A DNA stretch of 64,000 bases, taken from NCBI GenBank assembly GCA_963708675.1, contig CAVPTO010000003.1:3595477-3659476 (forward strand). Reading direction: 5' to 3'. The DNA is from an uncultured Planctomycetota bacterium (GTDB lineage: Bacteria; Planctomycetota; Planctomycetia; Pirellulales; PNKZ01). Positions 18,811 to 28,044 of this stretch are shown here, piece after piece. Under the pieces are notes generated by a model. That model was not told where the DNA came from, made no database searches, and was given only the letters and a program-made list of their open reading frames with translations. Each line of letters begins with the position of its first letter. The stretch's first letter is position 1. Position numbers and translations under genes: made by a program.

Positions 18811-21800
18811 ATGTTCTCCCGATTCTTCATCGACCGACCGATCTTCGCCAGCGTGTTGTCGATCGTCATCACGCTCGCAGGCGGCATCGCGCTCTTCACG
18901 CTGCCGGTGACGCAGTATCCCGAGATCGCGCCGCCGACGGTCGAAGTGTCGGCCGTCTATCCAGGCGCCAACGCACAGGTCGTCGGCGACACGGTGGCTT
19001 CCCCGATCGAGCAGCAGGTCAACGGCGTCGAAGACATGATGTACATGTCTTCGCAATCGACGAACGACGGCAACTACGTGCTGACCGTCACGTTCCGGCC
19101 CGGCACCGACTTGGATCTCGCGCAAATTCTCGTGCAGAACCGCGTGTCGCTCGCGCAGCCGATTCTGCCGGCGATCGTCATGCGGCGTGGCGTGACGGTG
19201 AAGAAGAAATCGCCGAGCCAGTTGATGATCATCAACCTGTACTCGCCCGATAAGTCGCGAGACAATTTGTATCTGAGCAATTACGCGACGATCCAGCTGC
19301 GTGACGAGTTGTCGCGCTTGCGCGGCGTGGGCGACATCTCGTTCCTCGGCCAGCGCGATTACAGCATGCGCGTGTGGCTCGATCCGAATCAGATGTCCGC
19401 GCGTGGCCTCAGCGCCACCGACGTCGTGCACGCCATCGAGCAGCAGAACGCGCAAGTCGCCGCCGGGCAGATCGGGCAACCACCCGCGCCGACGGGTCAG
19501 GTGTTTCAGTACACGATGTCGACGCTCGGCCGGCTCACCGACCCCGAGCAGTTTGCCGACATGATCATCCGCTCCGACGCGCAAGGACGCATCATTCGCC
19601 TCAGCGATGTTGCGGATACCGAACTCGGCGCGCTGGCGTACAACCAGGAGTGCACGCTCGACGGGCAACCTTCGGTCGCGCTGTCGGTGTATCAGTTGCC
19701 GGGCTCGAACGCGCTCGACACCGCCAAGGCGGTCCGCGACAAGATGCACGAGCTGTCGAGCCGTTTTCCGGCAGGCGTCGATTACGCGATCGTCTACGAC
19801 ACGACGCCGTTCATTCAGGAATCGGTCAACGAAGTGTTCGTCGCGCTCCGCGATGCGGTCGCGCTCGTGGCGCTTGTGGTGCTCGTCTTCTTGCAAGGCT
19901 GGCGAGCGGCGATCATCCCGCTCGTCGCGGTGCCGGTGGCGATCGTCGGCACGTTCGCGGCGATGGCGGCCGCGGGCTTCAGCCTCAACACGCTCACGTT
20001 GTTCGGGCTGGTGCTGGCCATTGGCATCGTCGTCGACGACGCCATCGTGGTCGTTGAGGCGATCGAACGCCATATCGAAGACGGAATGTCGCCGCGCGAT
20101 GCGGCTTTTCAAGCGATGGAAGAAGTCGCGGGGCCCGTGGTCGCGGTCGGCCTGGTGCTTACCGCTGTGTTCGTGCCATGCACGTTCATCTCGGGCATCA
20201 TCGGTCAGTTCTTCAGGCAGTTCGCGATGACGATCGCCATCTCGACCGTCATCTCGGCGCTCAACTCGCTCACGCTTAGCCCGGCGCTGGCCGTGCTGCT
20301 GCTCAAGCCTCGCGGCGAAGGTTACACGCAACACGAAGTGCTGCCGCGATGGGGCGTCGCACTCGTCGGCGGATGGTTGGGCTACACGTTCCTGTCGCCG
20401 TATCTCGCGCCATACCTCGGCAACGTGCCGTTCGAGCGCGTGCATCTGACTCACGAGATCGGCGTTCATGTAATTGGCGGCGTGGTTGGATTCTCCGTGG
20501 CGTTGCTGATCGCGCCGATTTTGAACTACGTGCTCGGCATTGGCTTTCGCGCGTTTAATACCGTGTTCAACTGGCTCACGTCCGGGTATGTGGGCATCGT
20601 GTCGGTGTCGCTTCGCGGAAGCTTGCTCGTGCTGGCCTTGTATGGCGGGCTGCTGTATCTGACGGTCGATCTGTTCAACAAAACGCCGACCGGGTTCATC
20701 CCGGCCCAGGACAAGGGCTATCTGTTGGTGAACTTGCGGCTGCCCGACTCCGCGTCGCTCGAACGAACGGGCGAAGTCGTGCGTCATCTCGAAGCGACCG
20801 CCCGCAAGGTGCCAGGCGTCGCGCACACGGTGGCCATCGCGGGGCAGTCGATCCTGATGGGCGCCAACGCGCCGAACTTCGGCACCATGTACGTCATGCT
20901 CGACGAGTTCCATCATCGCGCACACGACGGCAACACCGGCGACTTCATCGCCAGCGAACTACAGTCGAAGTTTCAGGACGAAGTCATGGACGGCGTGGTG
21001 AACGTGTTCGGCGCGCCGCCGGTCGAAGGCTTGGGCACGGCGGGCGGCTTCAAGATCATCATCGAAGACCGCGGCGACAACGGGCTGGCCGCGCTGCAAG
21101 ACGTCAGCCAGAAGATCGTGGCCGACGGCGACAAGACGCCGGGGCTCGAAGGGTTGTTCACCAGCTTCCGCGCGAACACCACATGGCTGTACCTCGACAT
21201 CGACCGCCGGGCCGCCAAGACAATGGGCGTGCAGATCGACGAAGTTTTTAGCGTGTTGCAGGTGTACTTCGGCTCGATGTACATCAACGATTTCAACCGC
21301 TTCGGCCGAACGTGGCAGGTCAACGTGCAGGCTGACGCACAGTTCCGCAACAGGATTGACGATCTGAAGGCGCTCAAGGTGCGCAACGATCGCGGCGGCA
21401 TGGTGCCGCTGGCGTCGATCCTCAACGTGCGCGAAGTGAGCGGACCCGTGATGGTCAGCCGTTACAACCTGTATTCAGCGGCGGGCATCAACGCCAACGC
21501 CGCTCCCGGCACCAGTTCGGGCCAGGCGATCGAACGGCTACACGAAGTCGCCGACAAGAATTTGCTGCAATCGATGCGTGCCGAGTGGACCGAGTTGGCG
21601 CTGTTGCAGTTGCAGGCTGGCAGCACGGCGATGTTCGCCTTCGCGCTGGCGGTGTTGTTGGTGTTCCTCGTGCTTGCGGCGCAGTACGAAAGCTGGTCGC
21701 TGCCGTTGGCGGTGATTCTCGTCGTGCCGATGTGCTTGTTGTGTTCGATCGTCGGCGTGCGGATGGCGGGCATGGACATCAACATCTTCACGCAGATCGG

Positions 21801-22128
21801 GTTCGTCGTGCTCGTCGGCCTGGCGTGCAAGAACGCGATTCTGATCGTCGAGTTCGCACGAGCCCGGCACGAAGCAGGCGAATCGCGATGGCAAGCCACG
21901 CTCGAAGCGTGTCGTCTGCGCTTGCGGCCGATCATCATGACGTCGCTGGCGTTCATCTTGGGCGTCGTGCCTTTGATGATCGGCGTCGGCGCGGGTTCCG
22001 AGATGCGTCACGCGCTGGGGACCGCGGTGTTCGCCGGCATGTTGGGCGTGACGCTATTCGGCATCTTCCTGACGCCGGTGTTCTTCTTCGTTATTCAGTA
22101 CGTGACGGACTGGCGCGGGAAGAATTGA
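18811..22128 (+). CDS. HAE1 RND efflux permease, subunit 2 (extra hydrophobic insertion)
   Basis: Paralogous to the upstream RND, with GIVVDDAIVVVE, ACKNAIL and LRLRPIIMTS. Confidence 0.95.
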   Translation: MFSRFFIDRPIFASVLSIVITLAGGIALFTLPVTQYPEIAPPTVEVSAVYPGANAQVVGDTVASPIEQQVNGVEDMMYMSSQSTNDGNYVLTVTFRPGTDLDLAQILVQNRVSLAQPILPAIVMRRGVTVKKKSPSQLMIINLYSPDKSRDNLYLSNYATIQLRDELSRLRGVGDISFLGQRDYSMRVWLDPNQMSARGLSATDVVHAIEQQNAQVAAGQIGQPPAPTGQVFQYTMSTLGRLTDPEQFADMIIRSDAQGRIIRLSDVADTELGALAYNQECTLDGQPSVALSVYQLPGSNALDTAKAVRDKMHELSSRFPAGVDYAIVYDTTPFIQESVNEVFVALRDAVALVALVVLVFLQGWRAAIIPLVAVPVAIVGTFAAMAAAGFSLNTLTLFGLVLAIGIVVDDAIVVVEAIERHIEDGMSPRDAAFQAMEEVAGPVVAVGLVLTAVFVPCTFISGIIGQFFRQFAMTIAISTVISALNSLTLSPALAVLLLKPRGEGYTQHEVLPRWGVALVGGWLGYTFLSPYLAPYLGNVPFERVHLTHEIGVHVIGGVVGFSVALLIAPILNYVLGIGFRAFNTVFNWLTSGYVGIVSVSLRGSLLVLALYGGLLYLTVDLFNKTPTGFIPAQDKGYLLVNLRLPDSASLERTGEVVRHLEATARKVPGVAHTVAIAGQSILMGANAPNFGTMYVMLDEFHHRAHDGNTGDFIASELQSKFQDEVMDGVVNVFGAPPVEGLGTAGGFKIIIEDRGDNGLAALQDVSQKIVADGDKTPGLEGLFTSFRANTTWLYLDIDRRAAKTMGVQIDEVFSVLQVYFGSMYINDFNRFGRTWQVNVQADAQFRNRIDDLKALKVRNDRGGMVPLASILNVREVSGPVMVSRYNLYSAAGINANAAPGTSSGQAIERLHEVADKNLLQSMRAEWTELALLQLQAGSTAMFAFALAVLLVFLVLAAQYESWSLPLAVILVVPMCLLCSIVGVRMAGMDINIFTQIGFVVLVGLACKNAILIVEFARARHEAGESRWQATLEACRLRLRPIIMTSLAFILGVVPLMIGVGAGSEMRHALGTAVFAGMLGVTLFGIFLTPVFFFVIQYVTDWRGKN

Positions 22129-22139
22129 CGTTGAAATAA

Positions 22140-22272
22140 CCCCTCTCCCTTTGGGAGAGGGTGGTCCGCCGCAGGCGGGCCGGGTGAGGGCGGGTTGCAG
22201 TAGAAGGCGGTTGCCAATTCAACCCGCCCTCATCCGCCGCTTCGCGGCACCTTCTCCCAGAGGGAGAAGGGT
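22140..22272. repeat. CCCTCTCCC family REPIN (copy 2), between convergent genes
   Basis: Same arms and near-identical 22-nt spacer as copy 1. Confidence 0.9.
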
Positions 22273-22275
22273 TTG

Positions 22276-22779
22276 TTATCGCGTGACCGGCACGGTCGCC
22301 GGCTGGACACGGAATCGCAGCGACCCGACGATCGCCAGCACCACGAAGAAAATCAGCGCCGTGAGCTGCGCGATCGCGAACGGTGGCTCGCTCTGCGTCG
22401 GCGCCAACTCGTGCAACGCCGGCACCTTCAAGAACGACTGCACGATCAACACGAAGAAGTTCAGGTACTGCGCCATCACAGCCGTCAGCACGTAGGTCGC
22501 TCGCCAACCGCCCGCCATCTTGAATCGATAACGGGCGAGGATCGCGACCATGAGCACCACGAGCGAAATGATGCCGAGGATGTGCGACGGCATGATATGG
22601 TCGACCGGAAAGAAGAAGCCCGTCACGCTCGTCAGCACCGTCGTCCACAGAAAGAACTTCGTCCACGCGTCCAACCGCCTTGCGGTCAAGAAGCCGAAGA
22701 GCACGACGAAGCCAGAGGCGATTCCGGCGAGGCTAATGGCGACGTGAACGATGGTCAATGTCGTGAGTGCCAGGCTCAT
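22276..22779 (-). CDS. Conserved integral membrane protein of unknown function (~4-5 TM)
   Basis: MSLALTTLTIVHVAISLAGI...VTGFFFP...YLNFFVLIVQSFLKVPALHELAPTQSEPPF. Start ATG at 22779. Confidence 0.75.
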   Translation of the reverse strand: MSLALTTLTIVHVAISLAGIASGFVVLFGFLTARRLDAWTKFFLWTTVLTSVTGFFFPVDHIMPSHILGIISLVVLMVAILARYRFKMAGGWRATYVLTAVMAQYLNFFVLIVQSFLKVPALHELAPTQSEPPFAIAQLTALIFFVVLAIVGSLRFRVQPATVPVTR

Positions 22780-22884
22780 GGTGGTTCCCCCTACGACGAG
22801 GCGTTGTGTTCGGTCCCTTCGCACGAGGGAGTACCGCCGCCTGCGCAGTACCTTACACCACGCGCGACGAATCGCGAAATCGAA

Positions 22885-23052
22885 CCCTTCTCCCTTGGGA
22901 GAAGGTGCCGCGCAGCGGCGGATGAGGGTGCGTCGTGGCGGTGAGCGCTCTCGAATTGATTCGGCGAAGCGGGTGATGATGGCGAGTGTGTTGCAACGCA
23001 ACCCGCCCTCACCCGGCGGCTGCGCCGCCACCCTCTCCCAAAGGGAGAGGGG
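22885..23052. repeat. CCCTCTCCC family REPIN (copy 3, inverted orientation, longer spacer)
   Basis: Its arms are near reverse complements of the copy 1 arms. Confidence 0.85.
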
Positions 23053-23053
23053 T

Positions 23054-25378
23054 TTAATCGTCGACCTTCCAAATACGGACCGCTCCGTCGCGGCCGCCGG
23101 TGGCGATCAACGTGCCGTCCTGGTTGAATTGGACGGTGTGGATGCCGGTCTTGTGGCCGAGGTAGGTCGCGAGCAATTGGCCGGTCTCGACGTTCCACAC
23201 TTTCAACGCGCCGTCGGTTCCGCCGGTGGCGAGCTTAGTGCCGTCGGGCGAGAACGCGACGCCCCAAATGTCGCCGTCGTGGCCGTCCCAACTCCGCGTG
23301 AGGATGCCGCTGTCGGTGTCCCAGATGCGGACGATCTTGTCCCATCCGACCGAGGCGAGCCGCTTGCCGTCGCGATGAAATGCCAATCCAAAGATCGGCC
23401 CCGAGTGGCCGTCGAGCGCGAGTTTTTGCGTCAGCGTCGCGGCGTTCCATAGACGCACGACCTTGTCGGTGCCGGCCGTCGCCACGGTTTTGTCGTTCGG
23501 CGACACGGCGACCGTGTAGACCGCGCCGGTTTGCTGAGCTTGAGCCAAGGGCTTCATTGCGTTGCCCGCCGCGTCGGGCGTCGGGTTGATTGCCCAGACG
23601 CGAAGGTCGCCTCCGCGGTCGCCAGCGAACAGCCGCTGGCCGTCGTGCGAGAAGGCCATGCCGCGGACGGCATTGGAGTGCGTGAACGTTTCGAGCGGGG
23701 TCGACTGCGACGTCCGCCAAAGTTTGATGAGTCCTTCGTCGCCGGCCGTTGCGAGCAACTCACCTTTGGGCGCGAAGCTCACGACCCAAATGTTGCCGCG
23801 ATGGGCGTTCAAGGTTTCGATCACGCTGCGGGCCGGGAGATCCCACAAGCGCACGGTGCCGTCTTCGACCGCCATCGCCACCGTCGAACTTGCGGGGTCG
23901 AACGCGACGGACCACACCGCGCCGGCGTTGGCACTGAGAACCGCCATCGGCTCAGCCGACGAAACTTGATGCGGGGCCGACCCGCTGTGAGGCGCCAAGA
24001 ACATACCGCAGAAAAGTCCCGCCGCCAGAAACACCGCGCCGACGGCCGCCGCGATCCAACGATTGCGAATCGTGCGCTTCCGTTGTTCGATGACGCACAC
24101 GGTCGGCACGTCTTCGGACGTCGTCTTCATCAGCGCCCACTGGAACTCGAGCAGCTCGGCCAAATGAGCGGCCGACTGAATGCGGTCGGCGGGCTTCTTG
24201 GCGAGCAGCCTGTCGATCGTCATCGCCAGCCATTCGGGCACCTGCGGGTTCAGCTCGCGCACGGGGCGGTGCTTCACTTCGGAGATTTGCTTGAGAATCG
24301 CCAATGCGGAATTGCCGGTGAACGGCGGCTCGCCCGCGGACATTTCGTACAAGATGGCGCCGAGCGCGAACAAGTCACTGCGCGGGTCGGGCTCGCCCCC
24401 CATCGCTTGTTCGGGGGCCATGTACAGCGGCGTCCCCGAGACGAACCCCGTGCGCGTGAGTTTCACGTCGTCCGACACGCGGGCCAGGCCGAAGTCGGTG
24501 AGCATCACGCGATCGTGCGGCGGCTCGAGCAGAATGTTGCCAGGCTTGATGTCGCGATGGATGAGATTCTGCGCGTGTGCGGCCGTCAGACCATGCGCCG
24601 CTTGCATGCCGATCCGCACGACTTCGCGCAGCGGCAGCTTCTTTTCGCGTGCCAGTCGTTGTTCGAGCGACTCGCCTGCGATGAGCTGCATCACGAGATA
24701 CGGCAGCGTGTCGCCGGCCGACTTGTCGACCTGATGCACCGACACAACATTCTCGTGCGTCACGCTTGCGGCAGCACGCGCCTCGCGGCAGAACCGTTGT
24801 CGCGCGACTTCGTCACTCGCCAGATCGGGGTCGAGCACCTTGATCGCAACGTTGCGCTGCAACCGTGTATCGAACGCTTCAAGCACGACGCCCATGCCGC
24901 CGCGGCCGAGGACGCGCATCACGTCGAAGTGTGCGAGTCGGCCGATGTACGCGCTATCGGTGGCGGGCTGCAAAAAGCTCAAGGTTACGTCGCGCGAACG
25001 GACCGCCGGCGATGGAGTGGACGGCGACGACGCAATCGTGTGCAGTTCGCGGTTGTGCGCATTGTTGTTGGGCGTGTTACCGTTGACCGTATTACTGTTG
25101 ACCGTATTACTGTTGACCGTATTACTGTTGAGCGCGTTGTAGGCCGGCCAATAGGCCGACGTCGCCATCGGCTGGTCCTGGTCGAGGTGTTCGATCACTT
25201 GCGACAAGTTCGAGCCGTCGGTCGCGATGTTCTCGAGCTTCGACTGGCAGCAGCCGCAGGCCTCGAGGTGGCTCATGCACTCCTGCTGACGCGAGTCGGC
25301 CAGCGAACCGGTGATGAGTTGCTGCAGCTCTTGGGGTTCGGGGCAGCGGGTTTCGGTTTTGGGTGTTTGGGTTTTCAT
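23054..25378 (-). CDS. Zinc-finger anti-sigma-like domain / Hanks Ser/Thr kinase / TM / 7x WD40 protein
   Basis: CMSHLEACGCC, GRGGMGVV, VAIK, HRDIKPGNIL, DFG, GTPLYMAPEQ, TM WIAAAVGAVFLAAGLFCGMFL, then seven WD repeats. AGGAGG lies 9 nt upstream of ATG 25378. Confidence 0.93.
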   Translation of the reverse strand: MKTQTPKTETRCPEPQELQQLITGSLADSRQQECMSHLEACGCCQSKLENIATDGSNLSQVIEHLDQDQPMATSAYWPAYNALNSNTVNSNTVNSNTVNGNTPNNNAHNRELHTIASSPSTPSPAVRSRDVTLSFLQPATDSAYIGRLAHFDVMRVLGRGGMGVVLEAFDTRLQRNVAIKVLDPDLASDEVARQRFCREARAAASVTHENVVSVHQVDKSAGDTLPYLVMQLIAGESLEQRLAREKKLPLREVVRIGMQAAHGLTAAHAQNLIHRDIKPGNILLEPPHDRVMLTDFGLARVSDDVKLTRTGFVSGTPLYMAPEQAMGGEPDPRSDLFALGAILYEMSAGEPPFTGNSALAILKQISEVKHRPVRELNPQVPEWLAMTIDRLLAKKPADRIQSAAHLAELLEFQWALMKTTSEDVPTVCVIEQRKRTIRNRWIAAAVGAVFLAAGLFCGMFLAPHSGSAPHQVSSAEPMAVLSANAGAVWSVAFDPASSTVAMAVEDGTVRLWDLPARSVIETLNAHRGNIWVVSFAPKGELLATAGDEGLIKLWRTSQSTPLETFTHSNAVRGMAFSHDGQRLFAGDRGGDLRVWAINPTPDAAGNAMKPLAQAQQTGAVYTVAVSPNDKTVATAGTDKVVRLWNAATLTQKLALDGHSGPIFGLAFHRDGKRLASVGWDKIVRIWDTDSGILTRSWDGHDGDIWGVAFSPDGTKLATGGTDGALKVWNVETGQLLATYLGHKTGIHTVQFNQDGTLIATGGRDGAVRIWKVDD
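25077..25131. repeat. In-frame 15-bp tandem repeat (gttgaccgtattact x3+) encoding NSNTV repeats in the kinase linker
   Basis: Three exact units at 25082, 25097 and 25112 plus partial flanks. Confidence 0.9.
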
Positions 25379-25379
25379 G

Positions 25380-25988
25380 TTAGCCATCCTCCTGGCGCTT
25401 GAGCGTGTCGACCTCTTCCTTCAGTCGAGCCAGCACGCGGCTCTTGGCCACGTAGATGGCGCCGGCGGAAAGTCCGATCTGCTTCGCGACGTCGGCGACC
25501 GCGAGTCCTTCGACGGCCGTCATCCAAAACGCTCGCCAGGTGTTGTCCTGAAATTCGCTCTTCACGCGATCCATGGCCATCGACGCCAGCCGACGTTGGT
25601 ACTCCAGCTCCCAAACGTCGTCCGTGTCGCTGCCGTCGGGCTGCGTCTCGAGCAGTTTGTTCGTCGTGGTGTCGCCCGAACCTTGAGGGCGAATCTGCCG
25701 CGCCGAGAGAAAGTTGAACACTTTGTTCCGCGTGACCGTGAACAACCAGCCTCGAAACGTCCCTTGCTTCGGATCGTAGTCGAGCCGCGCGATCGCCGTG
25801 GAGATCGATCGCATCACGTCCTGCATCACGTCGGCTGCGTCGGCGTCCTGCAGGCCTCGTCGTCGGCAGAAGCCATACACGACCGGTCCATACAGGTGGA
25901 CGAACTCGTTCCAGGCCGTGTGATTGGCCCCATCGCGGATTTGCACCAGCAAACTGGCGCGTGTCAGCGGTGAGTCGTCGACGGGCAT
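25380..25988 (-). CDS. ECF RNA polymerase sigma factor (kinase-associated planctomycete type)
   Basis: TRASLLVQIRD..AWNEFVHLYGPVVYGF...DAADVMQDV..FRGWLFTVTRNK; region 4 ..IYVAKSRVLARL. Abuts the kinase gene. Confidence 0.92.
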   Translation of the reverse strand: MPVDDSPLTRASLLVQIRDGANHTAWNEFVHLYGPVVYGFCRRRGLQDADAADVMQDVMRSISTAIARLDYDPKQGTFRGWLFTVTRNKVFNFLSARQIRPQGSGDTTTNKLLETQPDGSDTDDVWELEYQRRLASMAMDRVKSEFQDNTWRAFWMTAVEGLAVADVAKQIGLSAGAIYVAKSRVLARLKEEVDTLKRQEDG

Positions 25989-26249
25989 GATTCGACCTTC
26001 GAGTGTCAGTCACCGATCGCAAGGCCACCACGCCGCGAGCCGGTGCCGGTACCCGCCATGATACGCCTTCGACCACCGCGAGACGATGGCCCCCGCCGTT
26101 TTGCAGCACCATCGTTGCCTCGCCCCCAAGCGCCCCACGTGCATTCGCGTTGCCGACGCTTGCCTCTTCGCGGCGGCGGTTCAAAGGCTGGTGAATGTGC
26201 GGGTACATGATTGTTAATGCTGTGTTTAAGGCGTGCGATGCTACTCAAT

Positions 26250-27701
26250 TCAGCGCTGTGCGACACTTGTTGCGACATCATGCTGGCTAACCTGTACATG
26301 CAGTCCATCAACCAGGTCATCGGTGGGGTTGATGATCAACCGCTCGTCGCCGCGGACACCTTCGACGACCACGCGAGTCCCCATGTCGCGGCCGAGGTTC
26401 ACGCGGCGGACTTCCACCTGGTTCTGATCGTTGACGACGACAATGTGCGGGCCTTCGACACGCATTTGCACCGTGTTCGTCGGAACCGTCCATGCGGCGT
26501 CATCTCCTTGCACGTTCAAACTCACCTGAGCGTAGCTGCCGGGTTGAAAGCGGCCTGCGCCGTTCTCAAGTTCGATCTCCGCAAGCATCGTGCGGTTCGT
26601 CGAGTCGACCGAGTTCGAAACACGCGTGATCGATGCCGTCACGCCTTGAGCGCTTTGTTCGGGAACTCGCACGAGCGACACGACGCCAACCTTCGCTTGG
26701 GCTGAATACGCTTGCGGCACGTTGCTCTGCACGCGAACGCGGCTCATGTCCTCGACGACGAACAGCGCGTCCTTGCTGGCCGTCACAAGCATTCCCGTCT
26801 CGGCAGCGCGACGCGTGATCGTTCCGGCGAACGGAGCGACGATGTGCTTGAAGGCTTGCAGTTCCTTGAGGCGATCGACGTTCGAGCGTCGTGCGTTCGC
26901 GGTCGCTTGTCGCGATTCGATGATGGCTTGACGTGTCGCTAGATTCGTGCGGCGACGCGAAAGGTCAGACTTGGCCGCATTCAAATCGGCCACACGAGCC
27001 TCGGCTTGCTTCTGGTACGTGTCGAACTCATCTTGCGAGATCGCTCGACTCACGAGCAGCTTCTCTCGACGAGCGAGCAGCGATGCGGCCAGTTCCGACT
27101 CCGCCTGCGCTCGCACGAGTTGCGCCTCGGCGACTTTCAAATCAGCCTCGGCCTCGCGTTGTTCAGCTTGCGATTGAACCGTCGCGGCGTTGGCTTCGAT
27201 GGCTTGGGCCTCGGCCTGCGCGACTTCTTGATCGAGCTCCGGAGTTTCGATCTCGGCGAGCACTTCGTTCGCCTCGACCGTCGCTCCGAGGTCCTTGTGC
27301 CACACCGTGAGGTAACCACTCACGCGAGCATAAACCATCGCGGTCTGCCAGGGTCGCACGGTGGCGGGCAGCACCACGTTCGACGACGTGACGCGCGACG
27401 GGCGATCGACCTTGACTGACTTCACCGTGGTCGTCGGGTGCGACGCGGCGCTGGCGGAAGGTTCTTGCATGTCGGACCATTGCTTCGCCCCTACAACGGC
27501 TGCGAAGAACACCACTGCGGCGACAAACGAGGCACCGACGAAGCGGTTCGACTTGCGTTGTCGAGTCTCAGTGAGACGCACCAGTTGCGAGCGGCGAAGT
27601 TGCAGCGACTGCCCCGTCGTGGGCTTGCCTTGAAGGTCGGACGTTTTCAGATTCGCTGTTTCCATGCCTTGCGAGGCTTGGTAGAGGGCGGCTGAGGACA
27701 T
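26250..27701 (-). CDS. RND efflux periplasmic adaptor (MFP)
   Basis: VYARVSGYL, IVAPFAGTITRR and FQPGSYAQV, with an N-terminal TM anchor. Confidence 0.9.
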   Translation of the reverse strand: MSSAALYQASQGMETANLKTSDLQGKPTTGQSLQLRRSQLVRLTETRQRKSNRFVGASFVAAVVFFAAVVGAKQWSDMQEPSASAASHPTTTVKSVKVDRPSRVTSSNVVLPATVRPWQTAMVYARVSGYLTVWHKDLGATVEANEVLAEIETPELDQEVAQAEAQAIEANAATVQSQAEQREAEADLKVAEAQLVRAQAESELAASLLARREKLLVSRAISQDEFDTYQKQAEARVADLNAAKSDLSRRRTNLATRQAIIESRQATANARRSNVDRLKELQAFKHIVAPFAGTITRRAAETGMLVTASKDALFVVEDMSRVRVQSNVPQAYSAQAKVGVVSLVRVPEQSAQGVTASITRVSNSVDSTNRTMLAEIELENGAGRFQPGSYAQVSLNVQGDDAAWTVPTNTVQMRVEGPHIVVVNDQNQVEVRRVNLGRDMGTRVVVEGVRGDERLIINPTDDLVDGLHVQVSQHDVATSVAQR

Positions 27702-27779
27702 GATCGAACTCCTTACGCTTAAATTCCCACGAGGTTCTATGGGGAATACCGGCGGAAGCGGCGGGTCTTACACGCAAAA

Positions 27780-28036
27780 CCCTCTCCCGCAAGGGGAGAG
27801 GGAGCATGAATTCACCCCGCCGGTGAGGGCGGGTTGAAGTAGATGGCGATTACCAATTCAACCCGCCCTCATCCGCCGCTTCGCGGCACCTTCTCCCGGA
27901 GGGAGAAGAGTTCGTACATTCCCTCTCCCCGTCGCGGGAGAGGGCGGTTCGCCGACGGCGAACTGGGTGAGGGGGGCGGTGCGAGTACACGCTTCTCAAC
28001 CCCTCACCCCAAGCCTCTCCCGCAAGGGGAGAGGGA
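27780..28036. repeat. Two tandem CCCTCTCCC family REPINs (copies 4 and 5) inside the RND-MFP operon
   Basis: The first unit shares the 44-nt identical arm. The second unit (27931..28036) is approximately the inverse of 33432..33545. Confidence 0.88.
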
Positions 28037-28044
28037 GTAGAAAT

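Noticed and set aside
15059-20925. Long antisense ORFs (936 aa, 741 aa) opposite the RND genes
   Set aside because: Shadow frames of GC-rich coding sequence with no recognisable motifs. The same applies to 23531..25402 and 27967..29763.
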